Assembly (NCBI GenBank): GCA_049472335.1
Contig: JBLIRO010000046.1
Coordinates: 1-38,524, forward strand
Source: a bacterium
GTDB lineage: Bacteria > SZUA-182 > DTGQ01 > JAFGSM01
Direction of reading: 5' to 3'
Length of the DNA: 38,524 bases
Shown: positions 1 to 9,466 of the stretch, piece after piece
Position numbering within the stretch: position 1 is the first letter of the stretch
How the letters are laid out: each line of letters starts with the position of its first letter
The notes under the pieces: model-generated
Seen by the model: the letters and a program-made list of their open reading frames with translations, nothing else
The model's database searches: none
Told to the model about the DNA's origin: nothing
Position numbers and translations under genes: made by a program

Positions 1-2
1 GC

Positions 3-608
3 TTTAGCTTCAAGGTCAATGACAGCGTTGCTGACTCCAACACCGCACAGGTAAGCATCACCATATATCCTGTCTACGATCCCCCAGATGACGATCCTCT
101 TGCGGATTGCAGCATCTATGAAGATTCGGAAGACGGGACCATTCAAGGATGGACCATCTACGATGAAGATCCTTCGGGTGCATCCATCAGCAATGTTTTC
201 GACATTGACCGCCAAGACCGTGTGATCGAGCTTAAAAGCTCATTCAGAGACTATTGCTATCTTTTACATAATGTGGACGGAAGCAAATGGAATAATTCGA
301 CTCAATTTACAGCAGTGTGGAGCATGAAATCTTCCGGATATTTCATTGTTTATTTCAATATACATACAACAGCAGGGGACAAATACCTGTACTACACTCC
401 AGTTGATCTTGACACACTCGGGGATGGGTATTTTATCCATCACGGGCTGGGCTCAAAGGTTACAGACGGACATTGGTACAGCTTTGAACGTAATTTACAG
501 GCCGATCTTGAAGAGGCTCAGCAGGGAGTGAGCATTTTGGAAGTAAACGGCCTTATGGTCTATGGCAGCGGCCGTGTGGATGATATCATGCTGTGCAACG
601 ACTTTTGA
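3..608 (+). CDS. C-terminal part (5'-truncated by window edge) of a large extracellular repeat protein: end of an Ig-like/tandem-95 (Big_9-like) repeat followed by a beta-sandwich-like module
   Basis: Frame is open from base 3 (FSFKVNDSVADSNTAQVSITIYP..., typical of the end of a tandem-95/Big_9 repeat) through YEDSEDGTIQGWTIYDEDPSGASISNVFD and into the ORF-track 222..608 peptide. The 222 start is therefore internal. Confidence 0.75.
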   Translation, partial: FSFKVNDSVADSNTAQVSITIYPVYDPPDDDPLADCSIYEDSEDGTIQGWTIYDEDPSGASISNVFDIDRQDRVIELKSSFRDYCYLLHNVDGSKWNNSTQFTAVWSMKSSGYFIVYFNIHTTAGDKYLYYTPVDLDTLGDGYFIHHGLGSKVTDGHWYSFERNLQADLEEAQQGVSILEVNGLMVYGSGRVDDIMLCNDF

Positions 609-610
609 TA

Positions 611-1291
611 TCAACAAATAAGCTCGCTTTGTACCCATTGAATTGCGTATTTAACAAGCTCAGGGGAGTTTTTTAAATTTAATTTTCTCTTTAAATGAGA
701 ACGATAGGTCTCGACTGTTTTTACCCCAACAATCAATTCATTGGCAATCTGACGGGTTCCATAGCCTTGTCCCATCAATCTCAATACCTCCAATTCGCGA
801 TCACTAAGAAGCTCCAAGGGGGACTCATTAAATGCGGAACGCCCATTAAGGTATTTATGCAACATATTTGAAGCCATATGATTACTTACATATAAATCCC
901 CCTTAAGAACCTGTCGAACCGCAGTCACTATTCTCTCGCTTGCCTCCTGTTTCATGATATAACCCATAGCACCGGCGCGCAGAACAAGCTCTGCATAAAT
1001 AGACTCATCATGGACAGAAAGAACAAGTATTGGAAACCTGGGGTAATGATTCTTTATGTTCTTTATTAATCCGATGCCGCTCTGGCCTTTAAGGGAAATA
1101 TCAATAGTGGCCGCATCAGGATGCAAGACATCAATAGCCTCCAGAGCCTCATGCGCGTTATGGGCTTCCCCGCATACCAGCATATCTTCTTCTTGATTCA
1201 AAAGGCATGATAAGCCCATACATACAATGGGATGGTCATCAACAATAAGAACCTTTTTTTTGCTATTCTTTGATTCAGGCTCTTTTTCCAT
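611..1291 (-). CDS. NarL/FixJ-family DNA-binding response regulator (REC + LuxR HTH)
   Basis: VLIVDDHPIV, phospho-Asp in TIDISL, conserved Lys in GYIMK, LuxR HTH LSDRELEVLRLMGQG...TVETYRSHLKRKL. Confidence 0.95.
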   Translation of the reverse strand: MEKEPESKNSKKKVLIVDDHPIVCMGLSCLLNQEEDMLVCGEAHNAHEALEAIDVLHPDAATIDISLKGQSGIGLIKNIKNHYPRFPILVLSVHDESIYAELVLRAGAMGYIMKQEASERIVTAVRQVLKGDLYVSNHMASNMLHKYLNGRSAFNESPLELLSDRELEVLRLMGQGYGTRQIANELIVGVKTVETYRSHLKRKLNLKNSPELVKYAIQWVQSELIC

Positions 1292-1319
1292 ATAAGTCTT
1301 TCTCTTCTAGAGAGCTTTC

Positions 1320-2126
1320 TTAAAGTCTAACGCTACATTTAACTATGGTTCCGCCTTCAGGGCACTTAGCAATACTTAATGACGCTCCGATCATTTCTGC
1401 ACGGCATTTTATGATATTGAGCCCCATACCCTTTTTCATTTTCGGACCCGGAGTAAAGCCTACGCCATCATCTTTTATTGCCAAAACCAGTCTTTCATCA
1501 GAAGATACTATATCGATATCGATATTCTTAGCCTTAGCATGCTTGATTGCGTTGTTAGTAGCTTCTTGCACAATTCGATATAGATGTGTGGCCATAAGAT
1601 TTTCATTTATAAAAACAGGTCGATCGAAATTAATCCTGCAAGAGATACCAAAGGTCTTTTTTATATTTTTTGCCAGTTCCTGTAAAGCAACTATAAAGCC
1701 GTCTTCTTCAAGACGCACAGGATTAAGGGTTCTGACCAAGCTGCTCATACTACATATTGCCTCGTTGACAAGTTTTGTAATTATTGCTACCTGATCTGCC
1801 TCCTCGACCAATTTTACAGCCAGCTTTCTTTCGAGCACCTTACTGATAAAGGAAATTCCTGTGAGAATCTGCCCCAAGCCGTCATGCAAATCCTGTCCAA
1901 TTCTGCGCCGCTCCCTCTCGCTTATCTCCACAAACTTCCTTTCTATATATTTACATGCACTAGGATCTAAAAATATGGATGATAAGCATAATGGATCAAT
2001 CTCTTCATCTTTTTTAATAGGGTCTTCGGAGAGTTGATAATCAAAAAATAATTTACAATTTCTTTCAATGGCGGATTCACATTTACAATCTTCTTTTTTC
2101 TCTAAACTATCTGCTATTTTTGACAT
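1320..2126 (-). CDS. Soluble HisKA_3-type sensor histidine kinase, cognate of the adjacent NarL regulator
   Basis: ERRRIGQDLHDGLGQ H-box, YRIVQEATNNAIKHA N-box, DDGVGF G1, GMGL G2; no TM segment. Confidence 0.93.
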   Translation of the reverse strand: MSKIADSLEKKEDCKCESAIERNCKLFFDYQLSEDPIKKDEEIDPLCLSSIFLDPSACKYIERKFVEISERERRRIGQDLHDGLGQILTGISFISKVLERKLAVKLVEEADQVAIITKLVNEAICSMSSLVRTLNPVRLEEDGFIVALQELAKNIKKTFGISCRINFDRPVFINENLMATHLYRIVQEATNNAIKHAKAKNIDIDIVSSDERLVLAIKDDGVGFTPGPKMKKGMGLNIIKCRAEMIGASLSIAKCPEGGTIVKCSVRL

Positions 2127-2457
2127 GTTTTATTCAAATAATTACAAAATTATAAAAAATACTTTTACACATATTTTCTTTGGGCAGGCCCTGTTTTTAA
2201 ATTTTATTATAATTATATTTAATATGATTATTTAGATATTTAACCATAACATTTGAAGTTGAAGAATATCTGGGTGTAACTTAAATAAATTGTAGGATGT
2301 GTCCCTAAAGAAGCAAAAACTAAGAGGTTTTAATATAAATAATTAGGTTAAGTTAATTAACCGCCTTATCCCCAGAAATGATTATATAATGTTTTTCAAG
2401 CAAACCCTTATGCAATTATTAATAAATTTTTAAAAATAACCCCTATTTTATATAAAA

Positions 2458-2486
2458 AATTTACCATGAACAAAGTCAATTGTCAA
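2458..2486 (-). promoter_or_regulatory. Putative sigma70 promoter facing the HK-RR pair
   Basis: Minus strand TTGACA-17 bp-TAAATT with extended -10 TGn; lies about 330 bp upstream of the kinase ATG. Confidence 0.5.
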
Positions 2487-2560
2487 GTATCAACCTGATT
2501 TTTACTATCCTTATCCCTGACTACCTTAATATAAAGTAATAGAAAAGGTTTTTGATTTTA

Positions 2561-2590
2561 TTGACATGGTATTGAACTATGGGTTATAAT
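2561..2590 (+). promoter_or_regulatory. sigma70 promoter for the GNAT gene
   Basis: Exact TTGACA (2561-2566), 18 bp spacer, exact TATAAT (2585-2590). Confidence 0.7.
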
Positions 2591-2734
2591 TTTGACAGAT
2601 TATAAAAATGGAATTACAGCTTATCAATAAAAGATCAGATAACCCATTTCTTAACCAGGGAAGATATCAAGTTGGTCGATTTTCGGGAAAGGCCTCAAAC
2701 CCTTGCAAGCAATCAAAAAAGTTTTGACGGAAAG

Positions 2735-3445
2735 ATGAAAAATCAAAAACAAGAGATCCCTCACGCAACAATAGAAATGTTGGCAAGAAGTTTTTTTAAA
2801 GAATCATCATCATATGGTTTTTCAAAACTTGACTATCTTCGCTTCGTAAATTTAATACTTGATTTTGCAATGAAAAATAAGAAAAAGACCAAGATAGGGA
2901 AGGAGCAAAATCATGAACTGAAAAATTCAAAACCAATCTCTTTACCGTTGAAGGGGGATAGGATAATTATAAGAGAAATGGATGCTTCCAGAGACAGGAC
3001 CATCTTTGAAAAGTGGCTGGAAGATGAATATGGGAGATACTTTCTTTTATCACTGACTACAGCCCAAAAGCTTGACTTTGATGATCTTATTGACAAAAGT
3101 TTCAATATTATCACAATCATCTGCCTGCAGGATCATACTCCTATAGGCTCCGTAGGCTTTCTCAATTATGATCCGGTTCAACAAAAGGCAGAATTGCGGA
3201 AGCTAATAGGTGAATCCAAAATGAGGGGGATGGGGCTGGCTAGAGAGGCAACTCAATTGTGGATTCAATATGGAATAAAAAAATTGAAACTAAAAAAGAT
3301 CTATTTAAACACATTAAATACCAATATACGAAATATAAAGCTAAACGAAGAACTTGGCTTTAAAGTTGAAGGTATACTCAGGAATGAAGTTTTTTTCGAC
3401 GGCAAATATCATGATTTATTAAGAATGGGATTGTGGACTGAATAA
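2735..3445 (+). CDS. RimJ/RimL-type GNAT N-acetyltransferase with an extra N-terminal helical segment
   Basis: KAELRKLIGE...RGMGLA (acetyl-CoA loop), LKKIYLNTLNTNIRNIKLNEELGFKVEGILR; ATG at 2735 preferred over the TTG at 2672. Confidence 0.88.
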   Translation: MKNQKQEIPHATIEMLARSFFKESSSYGFSKLDYLRFVNLILDFAMKNKKKTKIGKEQNHELKNSKPISLPLKGDRIIIREMDASRDRTIFEKWLEDEYGRYFLLSLTTAQKLDFDDLIDKSFNIITIICLQDHTPIGSVGFLNYDPVQQKAELRKLIGESKMRGMGLAREATQLWIQYGIKKLKLKKIYLNTLNTNIRNIKLNEELGFKVEGILRNEVFFDGKYHDLLRMGLWTE

Positions 3446-3555
3446 GAAAAATGCTAATCTCTTTATGAAGGTAGATATGGTGTTGGCTTTTCAATCCAGT
3501 ATCAAAAATATGCCAAAATCCTCACAGGGAAAACAAAAGGGCGTCCGGAAATCAA

Positions 3556-6500
3556 TCAATATCCTTTAGGTATTGAATATCCTTTTTTTAAAATACTATA
3601 GCCAAAAATTATAAAACAAATCATTGCCATTATAAGGAGCAGGAGAAGACCGAATTTAAAAACCTTTAACCACAATTTGATAAATGGAAGCTCTTTTCTT
3701 ACAAGGGTATAATCCATCTCTTTTTGAGGCTCCAAGGTGAAATGGATACTTGTCCAAAGACCTTGTATAAAGCAGCCCACCCCTGTTGAACTTAATTCAT
3801 CCCAAGTCAATTGGCCCTCATCGGATGTATTTGACGGATCGCCAACGCCCCCCTCTGGACCACCTGTTGTTAAAACCTGAATACTTAACCCCTCCTCGGC
3901 AGGAGGCCCTTCTGCGGACATATAAATGTCACTGAACACAAATTTATAGGGAATAGCACCCGATGTCTCTCCTTTGTATTGGATGACCTTGAAATATTCT
4001 TTACCATCAGTATAATCCATATCTATTGCATCCACATCCTCCATGATATATTTTTCTTCCTCTTCATACTCAGCATCCGTGTCCTCATCAAGCCAAATTT
4101 CCTTAAGAGTAGGTGGATATCCGTATTGATTAAAATATATAACCCTAAATTCAAAAGAAGAGTCAAAAGATCCGGTATCAGGATTTGCCCCGTCAGTTCC
4201 AAATCCATCTGCTGAAGACCATTCCAGGCTAATGGGAGATTTGACCATGATTGTGCCTCCCATCAGGAAAGGGTCGCCTGTCGCTATATTCCAACCATCA
4301 TCGAAGACAAATTTATAAAACATTTCACCCTCACCTGAATAGGAAATGGTCTTTTGCAGTACATAATATTTAACCTCGGTAAAATCTCCATTTTGCAGAC
4401 CATCAGTTGACATGTCAAACCTTTCGTCTTCCTTGAAAATCTGATCTCCATTTAAGTCCAACCAAACCTGCTTCGTTACCGGAGGATCATTATCAGGGTC
4501 CCGATAACCAACCTTAAAAGTGAACAGATTCTCTTCATCACCTTCCCCCTTAAGGACACCCTTTACAAAATTCTCATCCGTCGGCCAGGAAAGAATGGGA
4601 GCCATTAGATGCGGCTGAACAATGAGTGTATGATTTTTGGTTGGATCATCCTGGTTAGGATCACTTTCAGCCAGGTGAAATCCGTCTGTGAAAAGAAATC
4701 GATAATTGATCTTACCATCACCTACGTATAATATTTTTATTCTTTTTTTATAATCTCTCCCTGTTTTTATCTCTTCCTGGTCTGCCTCCAGCATGAGAAA
4801 CCTTTCTCTTTGCTCATAGGTCCCGCTGTCATCCATATCGATCCATACTTCCGCTACTTCAGGCGGATCACCTTCAATATCCATATAATTAACCATAAAC
4901 TGAAAATAAAAGCTTCCCTCTGCCTGATCGGGATCAACCCCATCAGTGATATAACCTTCCTTATTACACCAGGAAAGAACTGAGGGTTTGTTTTCCACCA
5001 TAACTGTGGAAATCTTGACAGGAGGGCCAGTGGCTATATCAATGTCATCCTCAAAATAAAAACGGTATGCAATCCCTTCTTCCCCTGAAAAATTTAAAGC
5101 TATCTCCGCTTGATACACAACTCCGGTTGTATAAACAGGATTGACTTCTTCAGGGGCTACGACCATATCTATCTTACTATCTCCTGGAAATGTAAATTCC
5201 CTGTCACCATTTAAATCGATCCAAACCTGTGCAGTCTCCGGGGGAGTACCTTCATTGTCTTTATAGAGAACCCTGAAAGTGAAGATTTCTCCGCCATAAC
5301 CCGAATCAGGCTCTATACCATCGGATTCGTAGCCTGACTCAGCAGTCCAATCAATAAGCGGAGGAACCGGAGGAATCAGTTGCTTTGCATAAATATCCAA
5401 CTGACCTGCATAATCCTTCTCCCATACGACTATCCCTTTTGAATGGAAAAAGGCGGCACCGGGAGGCGTATCCGTTTTTCTTATATCCTGCATCATATCT
5501 AATCCTAGAGCTGTTCCACCATCATCAGGGTTTCCATTCAAAAGTTCACCCATGTTATTCATTCTGGTCCAATAGATGTCTACAATATTATCCCTATCAT
5601 CCTTCCAAAAGCAGATATAATTATTTTCCGCCCAGAAAACTGCCGGATTGACCTGATTATATACTGCCGTGCTTATGGCTAATGGTTCATTTTGATATAC
5701 CTGCCCTTCATTTGAAATCAGGATGCCATAGATATCGGGATATCCATGATTCAATGTATGGTTATTCCAAACCACAAAGAAACCATCTCCATCTGAAGCT
5801 ATATAAGGATTGCACTGTATATCGTGATCCATGCTTATTGCAATCCCGCCTCCCAAGATATCATCCAAAACTTCGCCTGCCGGGGACACCCTGGATCCTC
5901 TTATATCCCTTGTCTCCTCTGAAACAAAATCCTCCCATACCACAAAAAAATTCTTTCCATTCCATGCAACTGACGGAGCTGATTGAGTGCCTCCAACCTG
6001 GCACAGAATAAATCCGCTATCCCCTGCAGGTCCTTCAAATAATTTAAGATCTTCGGAAACCCTTACCCCATATATATCCGCATCGCTGTTTCTGTAATCC
6101 TCCCAGACAACCAGAAAACAATCCCTTCCATTCCAAACCAAATCGGGATTCATTTGATCATTAGGTGCAGTGCATATGGGTATCCCCGAGGAACTCGCCT
6201 GACCATCATTGTCCATCAGTGTGCCATTTTTAGCCAGACGAACACCATAGATATCATAAAACTCCCCTCTTCTGTCATCCTCCCAGATTACTATATAATG
6301 GACTCCGTCCCATGCCACTACCGGGTGTTTTTGGTCTCTGGAAGCAGTGCAGATAGGCACGGGCCCGAATGATTCTCCACCAATAGAACCTGCGCCATAA
6401 ATATCAAAGGATGTTCCGGAACGGAAGTCTTGCCAGACTATGATATAGCTATCAAAATCGGAGAAAGCCACCGCAGGGGACTGTTGATTATCTTCGCTCC

Positions 6501-6621
6501 CACAAATTAAATCACCTGTTTGGCTGGCCTTTCCGTATTTTATTGGCCCCGAGAAAATGATTATAAAGATTATAATAAACAGTTTTATGGTAAAAAAAGC
6601 CGTTTTTTTTCTATAAGACAT
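3556..6621 (-). CDS. Large secreted/surface protein: signal peptide, about 7 'P.VAW.G..Y.VVWED.R...DIYG.R' propeller-type repeats, 4 'F.F.V.Y.D..G.PP...VW.D...D' repeats, and a C-terminal GCFI motif + TM helix + basic tail
   Basis: Repeats visible in the translation. ATG at 6621 follows a G-rich RBS; the upstream TTG at 6663 lies between the sigma54 promoter and its expected transcription start, so it is unlikely to be used. Confidence 0.8.
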   Translation of the reverse strand: MSYRKKTAFFTIKLFIIIFIIIFSGPIKYGKASQTGDLICGSEDNQQSPAVAFSDFDSYIIVWQDFRSGTSFDIYGAGSIGGESFGPVPICTASRDQKHPVVAWDGVHYIVIWEDDRRGEFYDIYGVRLAKNGTLMDNDGQASSSGIPICTAPNDQMNPDLVWNGRDCFLVVWEDYRNSDADIYGVRVSEDLKLFEGPAGDSGFILCQVGGTQSAPSVAWNGKNFFVVWEDFVSEETRDIRGSRVSPAGEVLDDILGGGIAISMDHDIQCNPYIASDGDGFFVVWNNHTLNHGYPDIYGILISNEGQVYQNEPLAISTAVYNQVNPAVFWAENNYICFWKDDRDNIVDIYWTRMNNMGELLNGNPDDGGTALGLDMMQDIRKTDTPPGAAFFHSKGIVVWEKDYAGQLDIYAKQLIPPVPPLIDWTAESGYESDGIEPDSGYGGEIFTFRVLYKDNEGTPPETAQVWIDLNGDREFTFPGDSKIDMVVAPEEVNPVYTTGVVYQAEIALNFSGEEGIAYRFYFEDDIDIATGPPVKISTVMVENKPSVLSWCNKEGYITDGVDPDQAEGSFYFQFMVNYMDIEGDPPEVAEVWIDMDDSGTYEQRERFLMLEADQEEIKTGRDYKKRIKILYVGDGKINYRFLFTDGFHLAESDPNQDDPTKNHTLIVQPHLMAPILSWPTDENFVKGVLKGEGDEENLFTFKVGYRDPDNDPPVTKQVWLDLNGDQIFKEDERFDMSTDGLQNGDFTEVKYYVLQKTISYSGEGEMFYKFVFDDGWNIATGDPFLMGGTIMVKSPISLEWSSADGFGTDGANPDTGSFDSSFEFRVIYFNQYGYPPTLKEIWLDEDTDAEYEEEEKYIMEDVDAIDMDYTDGKEYFKVIQYKGETSGAIPYKFVFSDIYMSAEGPPAEEGLSIQVLTTGGPEGGVGDPSNTSDEGQLTWDELSSTGVGCFIQGLWTSIHFTLEPQKEMDYTLVRKELPFIKLWLKVFKFGLLLLLIMAMICFIIFGYSILKKGYSIPKGY

Positions 6622-6666
6622 TTTACCCCCCCAAAAGAACAGTTTTCTATTGATCCACTTCAATTA

Positions 6667-6684
6667 AAGCAAAAAGAGTGCCAA
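6667..6684 (-). promoter_or_regulatory. sigma54 (-24/-12) promoter
   Basis: Minus strand TTGGCAC-TCTTT-TTGCTT with exact GG-N10-GC spacing, about 45 bp upstream of ATG 6621. Confidence 0.85.
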
Positions 6685-6872
6685 TAAAAAATGTATTTTT
6701 CAAAATCAGCCTTTTAAAAGATATTGTTTTTAAATATGTTATATCCTTGAGCCAATTTTTACTCCTCAGGTGTTCATTTTTAATTCATTCCCCCTATCCT
6801 TTTTTGAACATTTTATCCCTTTGATCCATCTTAATATATGCATGATTATTATAAAAAAATACAAAATATAAA

Positions 6873-6899
6873 ATTTGCCTTGATTCTAAACAGGCAAAT
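6873..6899. promoter_or_regulatory. Inverted repeat (possible operator) upstream of the ferredoxin-AOR operon
   Basis: ATTTGCCT-N11-AGGCAAAT, perfect 8-bp arms in an otherwise AT-rich divergent intergenic region. Confidence 0.4.
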
Positions 6900-7053
6900 A
6901 TGTTAAATTTGAAGTGATTGATTGATATAATGATGAATTTAATACAAATTTTATCTATGTAATGTATTGAACAGTTTTATGGTTTAGCGTATCCTTTCGA
7001 AATTTAATATAAATCTCGGCAGTTCTCACGCAACCATCCATAATGGAGAGACA

Positions 7054-7593
7054 ATGAAAAAAAAGTTGACGATTATTCCTGAAAGATGCTCCGGATGCAG
7101 AGTCTGCGAACTAGTTTGCGCTATTAAACATTTTAGTGTCAATAATCCTAAAAAAAGCTCCATAAGGGTTATGGTGGTTTATCCACATCCCGTTATCAGG
7201 ATGCCCATTGTCTGTAATCAATGCGGGGACCCTAAATGTATGGAGAATTGTCCGATGAAAGCCATCACTAAAAACAACGGAGTGGTGGAAATCAATCAGG
7301 AAAAATGTATAGCATGTACCAAATGTGTTATGGCCTGCCCCTTTGGATGCATTTTTGTCCATGATGATATAAGGACTCCGTTCAAGTGTGATCTGTGCGG
7401 GGGAAATCCGGAATGCGTTAAGGCCTGCCCTAAGAAGGCAATCGTTTATATTCCTGAGCACATGCTTGGACAGCCTCAAAGGATGGCAAATCTTCTTAAG
7501 TATGCCCACATGAAAGAGGTGGAATATGAAGAAAAGGGAGAAAAGAAGATAATTAAATATGCGGAAATCGAGAGGAGAAGAGATGAAGATTAA
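7054..7593 (+). CDS. 4x[4Fe-4S] ferredoxin-like subunit (DmsB/HydN-like) associated with AOR
   Basis: CSGCRVCELVC, CNQCGDPKCMENCP, CIACTKCVMACP, KCDLCGGNPECVKACP; GGAG RBS. Confidence 0.93.
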   Translation: MKKKLTIIPERCSGCRVCELVCAIKHFSVNNPKKSSIRVMVVYPHPVIRMPIVCNQCGDPKCMENCPMKAITKNNGVVEINQEKCIACTKCVMACPFGCIFVHDDIRTPFKCDLCGGNPECVKACPKKAIVYIPEHMLGQPQRMANLLKYAHMKEVEYEEKGEKKIIKYAEIERRRDED

Positions 7594-9445
7594 AGGAGGC
7601 TACCATTACAGGGTCCTTTATATAAATCTTTCCACGGGCAAGCCCTCTGTCTTGAAATTTGATGACGACTTTGCGATCCAATATATAGGAGGCAGAGGCT
7701 TCGGAGCAAAATTTCTCTGGGACCATCTAAAACCAGGGCTTGAACCGTTATCTGCCGACAATATTCTCTCAATCGCGCCGGGACCTCTCACAGGTCTATT
7801 TTTACCTTCTTCCGGCAAGGTGTCATTTGTCTCTTTGTCCCCTGCCACCGGCATTTATGGCGACAGCAGCATGGGAGGGAGCTTTGGAGTAGAGATACGC
7901 CAGGCCGGATACGATGCCATATGCCTGGTTGGAAAAGCAAAGCAGCTTTCATATATTTGGATAGATGATGATAACGTGGAGATTGTCCCTGGTCCCGATC
8001 TTAAAGGGAAAAACACCCTGGCGACGGAAGGCCAGATCAAGGAAGAATTGGGCGATCCATGCGTAAAGATCGCAACAATCGGACTTGGAGGAGAAAATCA
8101 GATACGTTTTGCAACCATAAACTCTGACTGGAGTCGAAACGCAGGCAGAACAGGAATGGGAGCCGTCCTTGGTTCAAAGAATATAAAAGCTATCGCTGTT
8201 CGAGGCACCAGAGATTTGCCTGTCTTCGATATTAATATGCTGTATGAGCTTTCACAAGAGGCATTTTCCAGGCTAAAGGCCCATCCCTATTTTGAGCTAT
8301 GGCAACACCAGGGCTTAATGACAGTTATTGATTATTTAAGGGTTCATGATGCCCTCCCCTCTTATAATTTTGCTGACGGTTGTTTTAACGATGCGGAAAA
8401 AATAAATGGATATACAATGGAAGATCATTACAAAATTGGGGATACGGCTTGCTTTGCCTGTCCTATGGCGTGCGGCAATATATGTCTCGTCAAAGAAGGA
8501 AAGTACAAGGGGACAGTGTGCGAAGGCCCTGAATATGAAACAGCCTGCATGCTGGGCTCTAATATCGGAGTGGGAAATCTCTCTTTTATAATTAAAGCAA
8601 ATCATCTCTGTGATGACTATGGCATAGATACCATTTCCACAGGGAATCTGATCGCCGCAATTATTGAAGGCTCTCAGTCAGGGCTTCTTACAAATAAGGA
8701 TTTGGGCGGACCACCCATTCAGTGGGGAGATGAAGATCGCATCCTTGAGCTTATAGAAAATATTGCTCATCGCACTGGGGCTGGTGCGATCCTGGCAGAT
8801 GGATCAAAAAAGGTGCTTGAAAAATGGCCGCAGCTTAAGCCTATACTTTCACAAACAAAAGGCCTGGAGCAATCCGCCTATGAGGCCCGAATTGCCTCCT
8901 CTATGGCCCTTGCCTATGGGACATCCGATATAGGCGCCCATCATACAAGGGCATGGACTATTGCAAAGGAAATGGAGATGGGCGCAGATTGGGGGTTAGA
9001 AGAAAAGGTTAACTTGGTAATCTATCACCAAACCATCAGACCGCTTTTTGATATGTTAGGTGTATGCCGTCTGCCCTGGATCGAACTGGGTTTCCCGGAG
9101 CGTTCTTATGAAAAATTCTTTCAGGCTACAACCGGACTCGATCTCACATTGGACGACCTGCTTATCAGATCAAAACAGATATATGACCTTACCCGTCTTA
9201 TCAACAACCGCCTGGGAATAGGCAGGAAAGATGATTACCCCGCAAGCAGAGTGTTCGATAGTCCCATCAGGTCGGGAAAATATGGCGGCAAAAAAGTAGA
9301 AATGAAAGAATACGATAAGATGCTTGATATCTATTATAAAAAGAGAGGATGGGACAAAAATGGCGTCCCGTCTGAGGAGGTATCCACAATATTCCAGGGT
9401 TCTCTACTATCACAAAAAACAGAAAAAGCCAAAGGAAAAAATTAA
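7583..9445 (+). CDS. aor: Aldehyde:ferredoxin oxidoreductase family protein (tungstopterin)
   Basis: YIGGRGFG, SPATG..GDSSMGG, AGRTGMGAVLGSKNIKAI, CFACPMAC, EGPEYET, CDDYGIDTIS, DMLGVC, YYKKRGWDKNGVP; ATG 7583 follows GAGGAG and overlaps the ferredoxin end. Confidence 0.93.
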   Translation: MKIKGGYHYRVLYINLSTGKPSVLKFDDDFAIQYIGGRGFGAKFLWDHLKPGLEPLSADNILSIAPGPLTGLFLPSSGKVSFVSLSPATGIYGDSSMGGSFGVEIRQAGYDAICLVGKAKQLSYIWIDDDNVEIVPGPDLKGKNTLATEGQIKEELGDPCVKIATIGLGGENQIRFATINSDWSRNAGRTGMGAVLGSKNIKAIAVRGTRDLPVFDINMLYELSQEAFSRLKAHPYFELWQHQGLMTVIDYLRVHDALPSYNFADGCFNDAEKINGYTMEDHYKIGDTACFACPMACGNICLVKEGKYKGTVCEGPEYETACMLGSNIGVGNLSFIIKANHLCDDYGIDTISTGNLIAAIIEGSQSGLLTNKDLGGPPIQWGDEDRILELIENIAHRTGAGAILADGSKKVLEKWPQLKPILSQTKGLEQSAYEARIASSMALAYGTSDIGAHHTRAWTIAKEMEMGADWGLEEKVNLVIYHQTIRPLFDMLGVCRLPWIELGFPERSYEKFFQATTGLDLTLDDLLIRSKQIYDLTRLINNRLGIGRKDDYPASRVFDSPIRSGKYGGKKVEMKEYDKMLDIYYKKRGWDKNGVPSEEVSTIFQGSLLSQKTEKAKGKN

Positions 9446-9466
9446 CAAACTTGGGAGTTTTATTTT

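Noticed and set aside
3499..3517. sigma54-like TGGCAT...TTGAT on the minus strand
   Set aside because: Spacing is one base short, there is no GC at -12, and it points antisense into the GNAT 3' end.
7054..9445. Possible selenocysteine readthrough or frameshift in the redox genes
   Set aside because: Both ORFs are full length with all expected Cys motifs and end in TAA.
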